Origin: an uncultured Chloroflexia bacterium
Lineage (GTDB): Bacteria; Chloroflexota; Limnocylindria; Limnocylindrales; CSP1-4
NCBI GenBank assembly: GCA_963720755.1
Contig: CAVRGP010000015.1
Location: 160,001-224,000, forward strand
Reading direction: 5' to 3'
DNA: 64,000 nt
In this document: piece after piece, positions 18,559 through 28,240 of the stretch
How the letters are laid out: every line of letters starts with the position of its first letter
Numbering within the stretch: the first letter of the stretch is position 1
Translations under genes and position numbers: made by a program
The notes under the pieces: model-generated
What the model was told of the DNA's origin: nothing
Seen by the model: the letters and a program-made list of their open reading frames with translations, nothing else
The model's database searches: none

Positions 18559-19134
18559 TTGACGCGGAGCCTGGGCGCTGGCCTGGTCGCTGTCGCGATC
18601 GTGGCCGTGCTCGTGGGTGTGGGACTGCTGACGACGACCTACATGCCGATCGTGCAGGGCTCGTCGGTCGGCGCGGTCAACGGTCCCTCCGGCGGCCGGT
18701 TCCTTCGCCAGGACTCGCTCGAGGCCCAGGAGGGCGGCGCTCGGTGGGTCTACTGCGCGATCCCGAACGGGCACTTCGCGTGGTACGTCTCGCTTCGGAA
18801 CGACGGGCCCCTTCCGGTGACGATCCTCGGGGCCGACGAGCCCGTGAGCCCGGCCGACGCGAACGGGTTCCGCCTCGTCGACCTGGCCGCCAACGACATC
18901 AACGCCGACCTCGCAACGGCGCCAGCACTCGCGCCGACGATGATCGGGCCCGGGGAGGAGATAGCAGTCTGGGCCAGGTTCGAGATCGGCGACCTGTCCG
19001 GCGTGACCGAGGACGGAGCGGGCATCTTTCACGATCAGATCGGGCTTCGGTACTCCATACTGGGGATCAGCCGCTCGGTCGACGTGATGCTCCGGGACGA
19101 GGTCGGCATCGAACGAGGCGAGTGCGCTTCTTGA
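18559..19134 (+). CDS. Hypothetical exported protein
   Basis: TTG start, N-terminal hydrophobic segment. Confidence 0.6.
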   Translation: MTRSLGAGLVAVAIVAVLVGVGLLTTTYMPIVQGSSVGAVNGPSGGRFLRQDSLEAQEGGARWVYCAIPNGHFAWYVSLRNDGPLPVTILGADEPVSPADANGFRLVDLAANDINADLATAPALAPTMIGPGEEIAVWARFEIGDLSGVTEDGAGIFHDQIGLRYSILGISRSVDVMLRDEVGIERGECAS

Positions 19135-19156
19135 CGATCGGAGGCATCAGGAGGCG

Positions 19157-19609
19157 ATGAACGGGTCCCGACCCGCGTGGATCATGGCGATCGTGGTCGC
19201 GCTCGCCGGCTGTTCGGCGAGTGTCGGCACGGCGCCGCCGGGAAACGAGCTGACGACGGGGATCGGCATCGCGAACGGCACCGCCCTCGCGGTGACACTT
19301 GTTGTGAACGGGACCACGATCAGGACATTCCCGCCCGAGTCGGGAACCGGATCAGACGGGATCCCGGCCGGTGACCTGCCCGCTCTCCCGTGGATGGTCG
19401 AGGCGCGTTCGTCGAGCGGTCGGATCCTCGTCTCGATGACGGTGAATGCGGGCGACGTCTCGCAGACGACCTCGCCAGACGGCACCGTGACGCAGAGGGG
19501 CGACGGCGTCCGGGCGGATCTGTCGTGCGGCCGACTCGAGGTTTGGTCCGGCTCTCCGATGATGGGGCCCCCTCCCGCGCCGGGCACTCCCGGCGACTGC
19601 GAGCCTTGA
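19157..19609 (+). CDS. Hypothetical lipoprotein
   Basis: AGGAGG SD, LAGC lipobox. Confidence 0.7.
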   Translation: MNGSRPAWIMAIVVALAGCSASVGTAPPGNELTTGIGIANGTALAVTLVVNGTTIRTFPPESGTGSDGIPAGDLPALPWMVEARSSSGRILVSMTVNAGDVSQTTSPDGTVTQRGDGVRADLSCGRLEVWSGSPMMGPPPAPGTPGDCEP

Positions 19610-19752
19610 GGAGCGCTTGCACTGCCGATCGACCGCACCAGACCGCACCCCATTGCCCCGGACCGGTCACCGGTCGTACCATCGACTGCCCGACGGCACG
19701 CGACGGAGACATCTGGCAAAGGTGTCGGCCGCGGCAGCAGATGGAGCGCGAC

Positions 19753-20688
19753 ATGACCGAGCAATCGTCAGAGATCCATCCGGACGCCCCGATGGCACCG
19801 GAAGGCGCCTTCAGTGCGAACGGGTCCGAGCCTCGTGGCTCGGTCGACGAGCCGTCCTTCCTGGCCGATCTTGCCAAGGCGATGCAGACGACGGCCGCCG
19901 CGGAACGAGCGCGCGATGTCGAGGCGACGGGGCAGCGGCGGCAGGCGCATGTCGACGGCATCCGGGCCCGCGAAGCGCTCGAGGCCGAGGATCTGCGCGA
20001 GCTGGCCAAAGAGGACGTGAGCGGGATCGACGCGTGGTCGGATGGCGAGATCCGTCGGATCAAGCTCGAGCGTGAACGCCGCATCGCGACGCGGCGCGAG
20101 GAGCTCCAGACACGCCTCGAGGAGCACCGGCGCGTCGTCGGCCGTGAGATCGCAGCCGTCGAATCGGCCGTCGGCAGCTATCAGCAGGAGATGGATGCGT
20201 TCTTCTCCCGGCTCGAGAGCGAAACCGACCCGGTCGAGATCGCCCAGCAGGCCGGAGCGCGCCCGCGGTTCCCGGTCCTCGAGTTGATCGGACCCGAGGA
20301 CGCCCCGGAGGAGACAGACGCGGCTGATGCATCTGGCCAAAACGTGCCCGCGGCCACCGTCGACACACCTGACGCGACGGTCGACACCCCTGACACCGTC
20401 GGGGCCCCCACGCCGGACTCCGCCGAGGCTACGACCGACGGGTCGACCCAAGAGCAGTTGATCGGCGTGATGGGTCGCGGCCAGGACGCCGCCCCGGACG
20501 AGATTCAGCCACCAGTCGGACTCATCGGTGAACCATCGGAGGCGATCGAGTCAGTGGTGACGACGCCCGGGGCCGAAGCAACGATGGAACCCGGACGCGA
20601 GGCGCAGGTCGTGACGCCCCGAGTGGGCGCCGGTTCGTGGCTGCGCTGGCCGAACAAGCCCGAAGATCGTTCGGGTTCGAATCAGTAG
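19753..20688 (+). CDS. Hypothetical coiled-coil/acidic protein
   Basis: GGAG SD; E/R-rich helical middle and low-complexity tail. Confidence 0.7.
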   Translation: MTEQSSEIHPDAPMAPEGAFSANGSEPRGSVDEPSFLADLAKAMQTTAAAERARDVEATGQRRQAHVDGIRAREALEAEDLRELAKEDVSGIDAWSDGEIRRIKLERERRIATRREELQTRLEEHRRVVGREIAAVESAVGSYQQEMDAFFSRLESETDPVEIAQQAGARPRFPVLELIGPEDAPEETDAADASGQNVPAATVDTPDATVDTPDTVGAPTPDSAEATTDGSTQEQLIGVMGRGQDAAPDEIQPPVGLIGEPSEAIESVVTTPGAEATMEPGREAQVVTPRVGAGSWLRWPNKPEDRSGSNQ

Positions 20689-20740
20689 GATCACCGCCCC
20701 AGGCGTCTCTCTCAGCCCTTCGACCCAGCCGGTCTCCGGC

Positions 20741-21403
20741 ATCCTGGGCCTGATCCCGGCGTACCAGGAGGGGCCGCGGATCGCGTCGGTGGTCGCCGGG
20801 GCACACAGCCATGTGCCGGTCGTCGTGGTCGATGACGGCTCGACCGACGACACGGCCGCGGAGGCCGAGGCCGCCGGCGCGCTGGTGATCGTCCAACGGC
20901 CCAATGCCGGCAAAGGCGCAGCGCTGCGGACCGGCTTCCGATACGCCATCGAGCAGGGCGCGGAGGCCGTCATCACGCTCGACGCCGACGGGCAGCATGA
21001 CCCCGCGGAGATCGCGAGGTTCCTGCTTGCCTTCGATGCCAGTCGACCGGAACTCATCGTCGGGCGCCGGGACTTCGGGGCGATGCCGCCGGTCCGGCGC
21101 CTGTCGAACACCTTGGGCGGTTGGGTGTTGTCGGCGGCGATCGGCCGACGCATCGCCGACAACCAGTCGGGCTATCGGCTGATCGGACGGGAACTCATGC
21201 GGGCACTCCTCGACAGCGAAGAGGACGGGTTCGAGTTCGAGGTCGAGATGATCGCCCGCTGCATCGCCCTGGGGCTGCCGATGACGGAGGTCCCGATCAG
21301 CACGATCTACGCTGGGGAACCGAGTCACATCCGGCCGTTCGCGCACCTGGGTAGCTTCGTCCGGGTCACCCGCGACGCGCGACGGATCGTCCGCGGCGGT
21401 TGA
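20741..21403 (+). CDS. Glycosyltransferase family 2 (DPM1-like); start codon uncertain
   Basis: ILGLIPAYQE, VDDGSTD, GKGAAL, LDADGQH, DNQSGYR. Confidence 0.88.
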   Translation: MLGLIPAYQEGPRIASVVAGAHSHVPVVVVDDGSTDDTAAEAEAAGALVIVQRPNAGKGAALRTGFRYAIEQGAEAVITLDADGQHDPAEIARFLLAFDASRPELIVGRRDFGAMPPVRRLSNTLGGWVLSAAIGRRIADNQSGYRLIGRELMRALLDSEEDGFEFEVEMIARCIALGLPMTEVPISTIYAGEPSHIRPFAHLGSFVRVTRDARRIVRGG

Positions 21404-21587
21404 CCGGAGCCGGGGCCGGGCACCGCTCATCGGTCGTGCTGGTACTGGCGGGCTTACCAAAGTACGGCTTGGCGCAGGCCACCCCGCACTCCTACGCTCT
21501 GCTGCACAGCAAGCCGGACTCTACCCCTGACCACAGGACAGGCCCGGACCTGCCGAACAGACCGTGCAACAGCGAGGCAATGACCAC

Positions 21588-21782
21588 ATGGCTTCGATGG
21601 CCGTCAACGAACTTGGACCGATGCTCACCGCCACCGAAGTGGCCGAAATGCTTCACCTGCACGTCAACACGGTGAAGCGGCTCGGCGACCGCGGAGAGCT
21701 GCCGTTCTACCGGGTATGCAAGCGTGGCGATCGTCGGTTTCGACTCGACGATGTCATGAAGTTCCTGTCCCAGAACCGCTAG
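21588..21782 (+). CDS. HTH_17 / excisionase-like (BldC-like) DNA-binding protein
   Basis: LTATEVAEMLHLHVNTVKR...GDRRF. Confidence 0.85.
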   Translation: MASMAVNELGPMLTATEVAEMLHLHVNTVKRLGDRGELPFYRVCKRGDRRFRLDDVMKFLSQNR

Positions 21783-21818
21783 TCGGCCCAGCCGCGACCG
21801 CTCGGCCGTCCCACGGCT

Positions 21819-23096
21819 TCAGCCGCGCGGGATACCGGCCAGCGTCTCTCCGAAGATCTCGATCGCCTCGGCGATCTCCGCCCCGTTGACGTCGAGCGGC
21901 GGGATCCAGCGCACGACTTCGTGCTGGCGACCGCAGGTCAAGACCAGCAACCCGGCCTCGGCGCAGTCCGCCATCAACCGGTCCGGCGTTCCGCCATCCG
22001 CGCTGCCCGTCGACGGGTCCCTGAACTCGACCCCGACCATGAGGCCCAGCCCGCGGATGTCCCCGATCCGATCATCCTCCGCGGCGATCTTGCCAAGTCC
22101 GGCCACCAGTTCAGCCCCACGTTCGACCGCGTTGTCGATCAACCGCTCCTCCCGGATCGTCTCGAGTACGGCCAGGCCGGCCGCGCAGGCGACCGGGTTG
22201 CCTCCATACGTCGACCCGTGGGCGCCGCGACCCCATCGCTCCTGGAGCGCCCGGCTCGAGACGATCGCGGACAGTGGCAGCCCGTTGGCGATGGCCTTGG
22301 CCACACACACGACGTCGGGCACGATCCCGGCATGCTCGAAGGCCCACATCCGGCCGGTCCGTCCGAAGCCCGACTGGACCTCGTCGGCGATGAGCAGGAT
22401 CCCGTGGTCATCGGCTATGGCCCGCAGACCGCGCAGGAACGAGGCTGGGGCCGGGTTGTAGCCGCCCTCGCCCATGACCGGCTCGATGACGATCGCTCCG
22501 ACCTTGTCGGGTGCGATGATCGACCCCAGGAGCGACTGGAGTCGAGCGAGGCCGGCGCTCGAGGCTGCCTCCTCATCACCCTCGAATTCGGGATACGCGG
22601 CCGGGTAGGCCGAGAAGTAGACACTCGGCAAGAGCGGTTCGTAGCCAGTCCGATAGTTGAGGTTCGAGGTCGTCACGCTCGTCGCCCCGAACGTCCGGCC
22701 GTGGAAGCCGCCGCGGAACGCGATGATCCCCGGCCGGCCCGTCACCCGTCGCGCCAGCTTGAGCGCGCCGTCGATGGCCTCCGACCCGGAGTTCAGGAAC
22801 ATGACCGAGTCGAGCGGGTCGGGGAAGGTCGCGGCCAATGCCTCCGCCAGCGCGGACACCGGCGCAGTGAAGCCGATCGCGCTGATCGGACCGATGAGCC
22901 GATCGACCTGGGCATGGATCGCGGCGGTGACCCGCGGATGCACGTGCCCGAGCGCCGTCACGGCGATCCCGTTCGCGAAGTCCAGGTAGGCCCGCCCGTC
23001 CGTGTCGTACAGCCGGTGCCCCTCCCCGTGGCTCCAGGTCCGCTCGAAGTAGCGGCCGAGGACCGGCGTCAGATTCTGGGTGGGGTCGGAGGTCAT
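21819..23096 (-). CDS. Class III aminotransferase (4-aminobutyrate aminotransferase-like)
   Basis: NSGSEA, FHGRT, EPVMGEGG, DEVQSGFGRTG, AKAIANG. Confidence 0.92.
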   Translation of the reverse strand: MTSDPTQNLTPVLGRYFERTWSHGEGHRLYDTDGRAYLDFANGIAVTALGHVHPRVTAAIHAQVDRLIGPISAIGFTAPVSALAEALAATFPDPLDSVMFLNSGSEAIDGALKLARRVTGRPGIIAFRGGFHGRTFGATSVTTSNLNYRTGYEPLLPSVYFSAYPAAYPEFEGDEEAASSAGLARLQSLLGSIIAPDKVGAIVIEPVMGEGGYNPAPASFLRGLRAIADDHGILLIADEVQSGFGRTGRMWAFEHAGIVPDVVCVAKAIANGLPLSAIVSSRALQERWGRGAHGSTYGGNPVACAAGLAVLETIREERLIDNAVERGAELVAGLGKIAAEDDRIGDIRGLGLMVGVEFRDPSTGSADGGTPDRLMADCAEAGLLVLTCGRQHEVVRWIPPLDVNGAEIAEAIEIFGETLAGIPRG

Positions 23097-23213
23097 GGGC
23101 GGCTGGCTCCTCGGTTCCGATGGTCGCCGGGTCGGTCGAGTATACGAGGGCCGGGCGCCGGATCCCGGGGCGCTCGGACGGCACGCTCGGCCGCGGCCGC
23201 GTAGGATGCGGCT

Positions 23214-24422
23214 ATGGTCGATTTCACCCTGAGCGACGAGAACCGGCTCGTCCAGCAAAGTGTCCGGGCCTTCGCCGAGGCCGAGATCCTGCCGCATATC
23301 CGCGAGTGGGATGCGAATGGCGAGGTCCACCGCGAAGTCTTCGACCGGATGGCCGGGCTCGGCTTCCTGGGGGCCCCCATCCCCGAGGTCTACGGCGGTG
23401 CGGGGATGGACTACCTGAGTTTCGCGATCCTGTGCGAGGAGCTGGAACGCGCGGACACGTCCTTCCGGGTCGTCCAGAGCGTCCACGTGGGCCTGAACTC
23501 GCTCGCCCTGCTCCAGTGGGGGACCGAGGAGCAGCGACAGCGATGGCTGGTCCCGCAGGCCCGCGGTGAGAAGCTCGCGACCTTCGCCCTGACCGAGCCC
23601 GGTGTCGGGACCGATGCGGGCAATCTCGCCACCACCGCCCGACGCGATGGCGCGGCCTATCGCCTCAACGGCCAGAAGATGTGGATCAGCCTGGCCGACC
23701 TTGCCGATCACTTCCTGGTCTTTGCGTCGGTCGATCGGTCGAAGCGGCACAAGGGCGTCACCGCGTTCATGCTCGAACGTGGCATGGCCGGCCTCAGCAC
23801 CGGGACGCTCCACGGGAAGCTCGGGATCCGGGCCGGCAACACCGGCGTGATCAACCTTGACGACGTCCCGGTCCCGGTCGAGAACCGGGTCGGAGAAGAG
23901 GGCGAGGGCTTCCTCATCGCGATGAGCGCGATCGACCAGGGCCGCTTCACCGTGGCCGCCGGAGCAGTCGGACTCGCCCAGGCCTGTGTCGATGCGTCGG
24001 TCCGCTATGCCCACGAGCGCCAGACCTTCGGCCAGGAGATCGGTGAGCACCAACTGGTCAAGCAGTTGATCGCAACGATGGTGGCCGGCACCGAGACCGG
24101 CCGGCTGCTGGTCTGGCGGGCTGCCTGGCTCAAGAACCAGGGCCTGCGCAACACACGTGAGACGAGCCTCGCCAAATGGCACGCGACGGAACACGCGGTC
24201 AAGGCGGCTCTCGACGCGATCCAGATCCACGGCGCCAACGGATATTCGAACGAGTTCCCGGTCGAGCGCTACCTGCGCAACTCGAAGGCCGCGGTCATCT
24301 ACGAGGGGACGAGCCAGCTCCACACGTTGATCCAGGCCGACTATGCCCTCGGCTATCGCGAGGACCGGCCGCTTCGGTGCGAGCCGTGGCCGGCCCAGGG
24401 CTGGCAGAGGCCGGGCGGATGA
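23214..24422 (+). CDS. Acyl-CoA dehydrogenase
   Basis: FALTEPGVGTD, GQKMWIS, QIHGANGY, IYEGTSQ. Confidence 0.95.
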   Translation: MVDFTLSDENRLVQQSVRAFAEAEILPHIREWDANGEVHREVFDRMAGLGFLGAPIPEVYGGAGMDYLSFAILCEELERADTSFRVVQSVHVGLNSLALLQWGTEEQRQRWLVPQARGEKLATFALTEPGVGTDAGNLATTARRDGAAYRLNGQKMWISLADLADHFLVFASVDRSKRHKGVTAFMLERGMAGLSTGTLHGKLGIRAGNTGVINLDDVPVPVENRVGEEGEGFLIAMSAIDQGRFTVAAGAVGLAQACVDASVRYAHERQTFGQEIGEHQLVKQLIATMVAGTETGRLLVWRAAWLKNQGLRNTRETSLAKWHATEHAVKAALDAIQIHGANGYSNEFPVERYLRNSKAAVIYEGTSQLHTLIQADYALGYREDRPLRCEPWPAQGWQRPGG

Positions 24423-24628
24423 ACGCGCTCGGACGGTTCGCGCTCGGCGCGGTCACACTCGCCCTCGTCGGTGCCGCGCTGTTCGGCGTCTGGCACGTCG
24501 TCGTCGGCGGGTTCATCAACGGCAATCCGCGTGCCGGGTCGTTCGGTCTTGGCCTGGCGCTGGTCGCGGGTATCATGTTGCTGGTGGGCTCGCGGCTGGT
24601 TCGTCGACGGCGATCGCCAGCGGCCTGA
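24419..24628 (+). CDS. Small 2-TM membrane protein
   Basis: ATGA overlap with the ACAD gene; two hydrophobic helices. Confidence 0.65.
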   Translation: MNALGRFALGAVTLALVGAALFGVWHVVVGGFINGNPRAGSFGLGLALVAGIMLLVGSRLVRRRRSPAA

Positions 24629-25610
24629 GCGGCGCCGCTTCGTCCGGCCCGATCGGTTCGGCCGCCACCGCCGCGGTCGCGGTGCGGGTCCGTCCGCGCG
24701 ACGTGATGATCAGGGCGACGGCGGCGATGATCACGGCACCGGCAAGTGCGGTCCGGGCGTCGATCGCCTCACCGAGCACGACCGAGCCGAGGATCACCGC
24801 CACGACCGGGTTCACATAGGCATAGGTCGATACCAGCGGGAGCGGCGCGACCCGCAGCAGCCAGCCGTAGGTCGTGAAGGCTAGAAGACTGCCGATGACC
24901 GTCAGGTACAGGAGCGCGGCGAGCGACGCCTGGCTGACCGTGGCAGGGTCGAATGTCTGGAGCTCGCCGGTGGCGACGGCCATCGTCGCGAGAACGGCCG
25001 CTCCCAGGACCATCTGCAGGCCGGTGGCGACGAGAGGGCGCGACGGCAGGACCGCGAGGCGTGCCGCGAACAGCGATCCGGACGACCAGGCGATCGGCGA
25101 GAAGATGACGGCGACGATCCCGATGGGGTCGAGCGCCCCATCGCCACCTACGGCCGAGGGGCCGACCAGGATCGCCACGCCCGCGAAGCCGACGACGATG
25201 CCGAAGACCGCCAGTCGCGGCAGCCGGTCACCGAGGAAGATCCCGCCGAGGACGGCTACCCAAACCGGCATCATCGCCACCATCAGCGCCGTGATCCCCG
25301 ATGGCACCGTCTGCTCCGCGAAGGCGACCATGCCCATGCCCCCACCGAGCAGGAGCGCCCCGACGACGGCGCTGTCGCGCCACTCCCGCCGGGTCGGGAC
25401 CTGGAACGACCGCCGATCGCGAGCGACCGACCAGAGCAGCAGGATGATGCCAGCCGTGAAGAACCGCACCGCGGCCATCAGGAAGGGCGGGATGGAATCG
25501 ACCGCGATCGAGATACCGAGGTAGGTCGAACCCCAGACCAGGTACAGGACGAGCATCGCGGCCGCGATCGAGGAGCGAGCCGGGGCTTCCGGCCGGGTAC
25601 TTGTTGGCAT
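24573..25610 (-). CDS. EamA/DMT transporter (YedA-like)
   Basis: LYLVWGSTY, STYAYVNPVVAV, about 10 TM segments. Confidence 0.92.
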   Translation of the reverse strand: MPTSTRPEAPARSSIAAAMLVLYLVWGSTYLGISIAVDSIPPFLMAAVRFFTAGIILLLWSVARDRRSFQVPTRREWRDSAVVGALLLGGGMGMVAFAEQTVPSGITALMVAMMPVWVAVLGGIFLGDRLPRLAVFGIVVGFAGVAILVGPSAVGGDGALDPIGIVAVIFSPIAWSSGSLFAARLAVLPSRPLVATGLQMVLGAAVLATMAVATGELQTFDPATVSQASLAALLYLTVIGSLLAFTTYGWLLRVAPLPLVSTYAYVNPVVAVILGSVVLGEAIDARTALAGAVIIAAVALIITSRGRTRTATAAVAAEPIGPDEAAPLRPLAIAVDEPAASPPAT

Positions 25611-25680
25611 AGCCTGATGGTCCAAGGCGGGAGTGTAGGCTGGGGACGGTGCGCTGTCCAGCGTGGTCTGAGCGGCCCGG

Positions 25681-26475
25681 TCAGGCAGCGATCGCGCCCG
25701 AATCCGGCCGGCAGGCGTGACACGGTCGATAGCCCGCGACGGTGGCCTGACCGAGCGACCGGAACGGCACCCGATGACCGTGCGTGATCCTTCTGGCGGC
25801 ATGGCAGCTCGGCAGGCACACGATGTGGGTCGTGTCGGAGCCGATGTACCGGACGCCGATCCGGGCGTCGGCCTCGAGAGCGGCCGGGTCGAGGCCCTCC
25901 GAGCTCAGGATCGTCCGCTTGTTGGCCGGTCCGCCCAGCGAGTACTGACCGATCGTGCCGTCGGCCCGGACGACCCGATGGCATGGCACGATGAGCGGGA
26001 CCGGGTTGTGGCCAAGGGCCGTCCCCACGGCCCGCACCGCCCGTGGTCGACCGATCTCGGCGGCGACCCAGCCGTACGGCCGGACTTCGCCTCGCGGGAT
26101 CTCCAGCGCCTTGTGCCAGACGTCACGCTCGAACGACGTGTGGCCGCGCAGGTCGAGGTCGATCCGGACCCGTCGATCGCCACCAAGGCGACGGGTGATG
26201 GCCTCGCCGAGGGGTCCCGGTACCCGGTCGACGGGCGATGCGTGCCGGCCGGTCATCGCGCGATGGGACGCCTCGAAGGTCGCATCGGCTGCATCGTCAG
26301 CGACCGACGACACCCCGATCCCGTTCCAGGCCACGATCAGCGTCCCGACCGGTGAGTCGAAGCGAGCGTATCGATCGGCCAGACCGACCTGGGTCATGAC
26401 CTCGGGCAGCAGGCTCGGCGGTGCGCCGGTCCGAAGGCCGGTCAACGCTGACTCGAGTTCGCGATCGGTGGTCAT
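25681..26475 (-). CDS. ogt: Methylated-DNA-protein-cysteine methyltransferase with C-terminal Ada Zn-binding domain
   Basis: IPRGEVRPY, RAVGTA, PCHRV; C-terminal CLPSC...YRPCHACRP. Confidence 0.9.
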   Translation of the reverse strand: MTTDRELESALTGLRTGAPPSLLPEVMTQVGLADRYARFDSPVGTLIVAWNGIGVSSVADDAADATFEASHRAMTGRHASPVDRVPGPLGEAITRRLGGDRRVRIDLDLRGHTSFERDVWHKALEIPRGEVRPYGWVAAEIGRPRAVRAVGTALGHNPVPLIVPCHRVVRADGTIGQYSLGGPANKRTILSSEGLDPAALEADARIGVRYIGSDTTHIVCLPSCHAARRITHGHRVPFRSLGQATVAGYRPCHACRPDSGAIAA

Positions 26476-27071
26476 GCGGTCATCTCCTTGCGCTCGCGCG
26501 CCTCCGCTTCGTCGAATGCGATCCGCAGCCTCGCCAGGCCGCGATGGACCTGCGCCTTCACGGTCCCTTCGGGTCGGTCCAGCGCGGCGGCGAGCTCCGA
26601 GTACGACAGCCCGTCCACGTGGCGCAGGACCACGGCACTTCGGTAGCTCGGCGGGAGGGTCAGCAGGAGGCTGGCCCAATGGGCCGCGCTGTCGCGGGAG
26701 GTCACGGTGTCGAGGGGCCCGTGCGCCTCGTCCGATCTCGGTTCGAGGTCGACCGGGAGCCCGGCATCGAGGGACAGGGGCCGACGAGCCACGTTCCGGC
26801 GGGCCAGTCTCGAACGACACAGATTGAGGACGATCGTCGCCAGCCATGGGCGCAGGCGGAGAGCCCTGATGCGAGCCTTGTCATAGCCGACCAGCGCCCG
26901 ATACGCCCGGACGAACGCGTCCTGGGCAGCTTCTTCGGCGTCGCCGGGGTCGCCGAGCATCCGGTGCGCGATCGAGTAGAGCCGGTCCTGGTGGGCGACG
27001 ACGAGCGACGCGAACGAGCCGTCCAGGTCGTCGGCGAGGGCGGTGACCAGCGAGTCGTCTGTGTCCATCAT
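26472..27071 (-). CDS. ECF RNA polymerase sigma factor
   Basis: DAEEAAQDAFVRAY, PWLATI, GLSYSELAAALDRPEGTVKAQVHRG. Confidence 0.92.
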   Translation of the reverse strand: MMDTDDSLVTALADDLDGSFASLVVAHQDRLYSIAHRMLGDPGDAEEAAQDAFVRAYRALVGYDKARIRALRLRPWLATIVLNLCRSRLARRNVARRPLSLDAGLPVDLEPRSDEAHGPLDTVTSRDSAAHWASLLLTLPPSYRSAVVLRHVDGLSYSELAAALDRPEGTVKAQVHRGLARLRIAFDEAEARERKEMTA

Positions 27072-27074
27072 CCC

Positions 27075-27105
27075 CTAGAACCCTGAAGCGGCGCCCACCG
27101 TTGCA
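27075..27105 (-). promoter_or_regulatory. Putative ECF-type autoregulatory promoter
   Basis: Minus strand TGCAAC-N18-GTTCTA-GGGG-ATG immediately before the sigma gene. Confidence 0.45.
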
Positions 27106-27170
27106 CGCGACCCACACGGTACCCGGCCGCCATCATCGTTCGCGGTCGCGCGTGCGACAATCGGCCGACC

Positions 27171-28181
27171 ATGGCCCTCGACGATCAATTCGATGACCTG
27201 ATCGCGAGCCTCGGCGGGTTCCACCGCTCGTGGCTGATCTATGTCGGGATCGAACTCGGTCTGTTCGCGCGCCTCCGATCGGCCGGGCCGGGTGGCCTGA
27301 CCATCGGTGAGTTGGCGGCAGAGACGGGATGCCGGCCCGACGCGATCGAGACCTGGGCGTGGGGCGTCGACGCCCACGACCTGGCCACGCTCGATGGGGA
27401 CCGCCTGGTCGCCGATCACGACGTCGCAGCGATCCTGCTGGACGAGACCCGGCCCGAGTACCTCGGCGGACAATTCGTCCATGCGACGGTCGCCTCGCTC
27501 GATTGGGGAGGGATGGCCGAGTTCTTTCGGTCCGGCACCCCGGTCAGTGGCCGTCCCGACCGCTATCGCGCCGCGATCGAGCGGCTGACCGCGCAGGACA
27601 TCGCCGTCTTCTTCCAGGAGGCACTCGCCGCGATCCCGCAACTGGTCGCCGATCTGATCGGTGGCGGGCGGGTCGTGGATGTCCACTGTGGCGGCGGCCG
27701 CTGGCTGATCGCGATGGCCAAGCAATTCCCTGCGCTGGAGCTCGTCGGCGTTGAGTTCGAAGCGGACTCCGTCGTCCGTGCGCGAGCGAATGTGGCGGCC
27801 GCCGGGCTGGCGGAGCGGATCACGATCCGTGAGGCGGGCGCGACGGAGCCGGGAAGCGTCGGCGAGTACGATCTCGCGTACTTCCAGTACGCCCTCCATC
27901 AGCTTCCAGACGCTCCGGCCGTCCTGCGCGCGGCGTGGGCCGCCCTTCGACCTGGCGGTCGGCTCGTCGTCCTCGACTGGCCTCTGCCCTCCGCGCGGGA
28001 CGAATTCCGAACGCGGCACGGTGAACTGATCGCCGGCGTGCAGCTCGACGAGTTGTACCAGGGGACCGCCCTGGTGACCCGAGAGCAGTTCCGGGGCTGG
28101 TTCGCCGAGGCCGATCTGCCGGACCCGATCCTGATCGATCTCCCGTCGGGTGCGTCGCTCTTCCTGGCCGAACGACCCTGA
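27171..28181 (+). CDS. SAM-dependent methyltransferase with N-terminal winged helix
   Basis: GIELGLF, VVDVHCGGG, ALRPGG. Confidence 0.85.
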   Translation: MALDDQFDDLIASLGGFHRSWLIYVGIELGLFARLRSAGPGGLTIGELAAETGCRPDAIETWAWGVDAHDLATLDGDRLVADHDVAAILLDETRPEYLGGQFVHATVASLDWGGMAEFFRSGTPVSGRPDRYRAAIERLTAQDIAVFFQEALAAIPQLVADLIGGGRVVDVHCGGGRWLIAMAKQFPALELVGVEFEADSVVRARANVAAAGLAERITIREAGATEPGSVGEYDLAYFQYALHQLPDAPAVLRAAWAALRPGGRLVVLDWPLPSARDEFRTRHGELIAGVQLDELYQGTALVTREQFRGWFAEADLPDPILIDLPSGASLFLAERP

Positions 28182-28240
28182 CGACGGACGGACCGGGCGC
28201 GCGCCACGGCAGTGGTGTTGCCAGGATCGATGCGGGCACC

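Noticed and set aside
19690-19720. Additional dyad copy (ATCTGGCAA half-site)
   Set aside because: The ACGA/TCGT cores are absent, so the match is too weak
23097-24323. 834-aa aminotransferase fusion
   Set aside because: The upstream half is the antisense shadow of the acyl-CoA dehydrogenase; the real start is 23096
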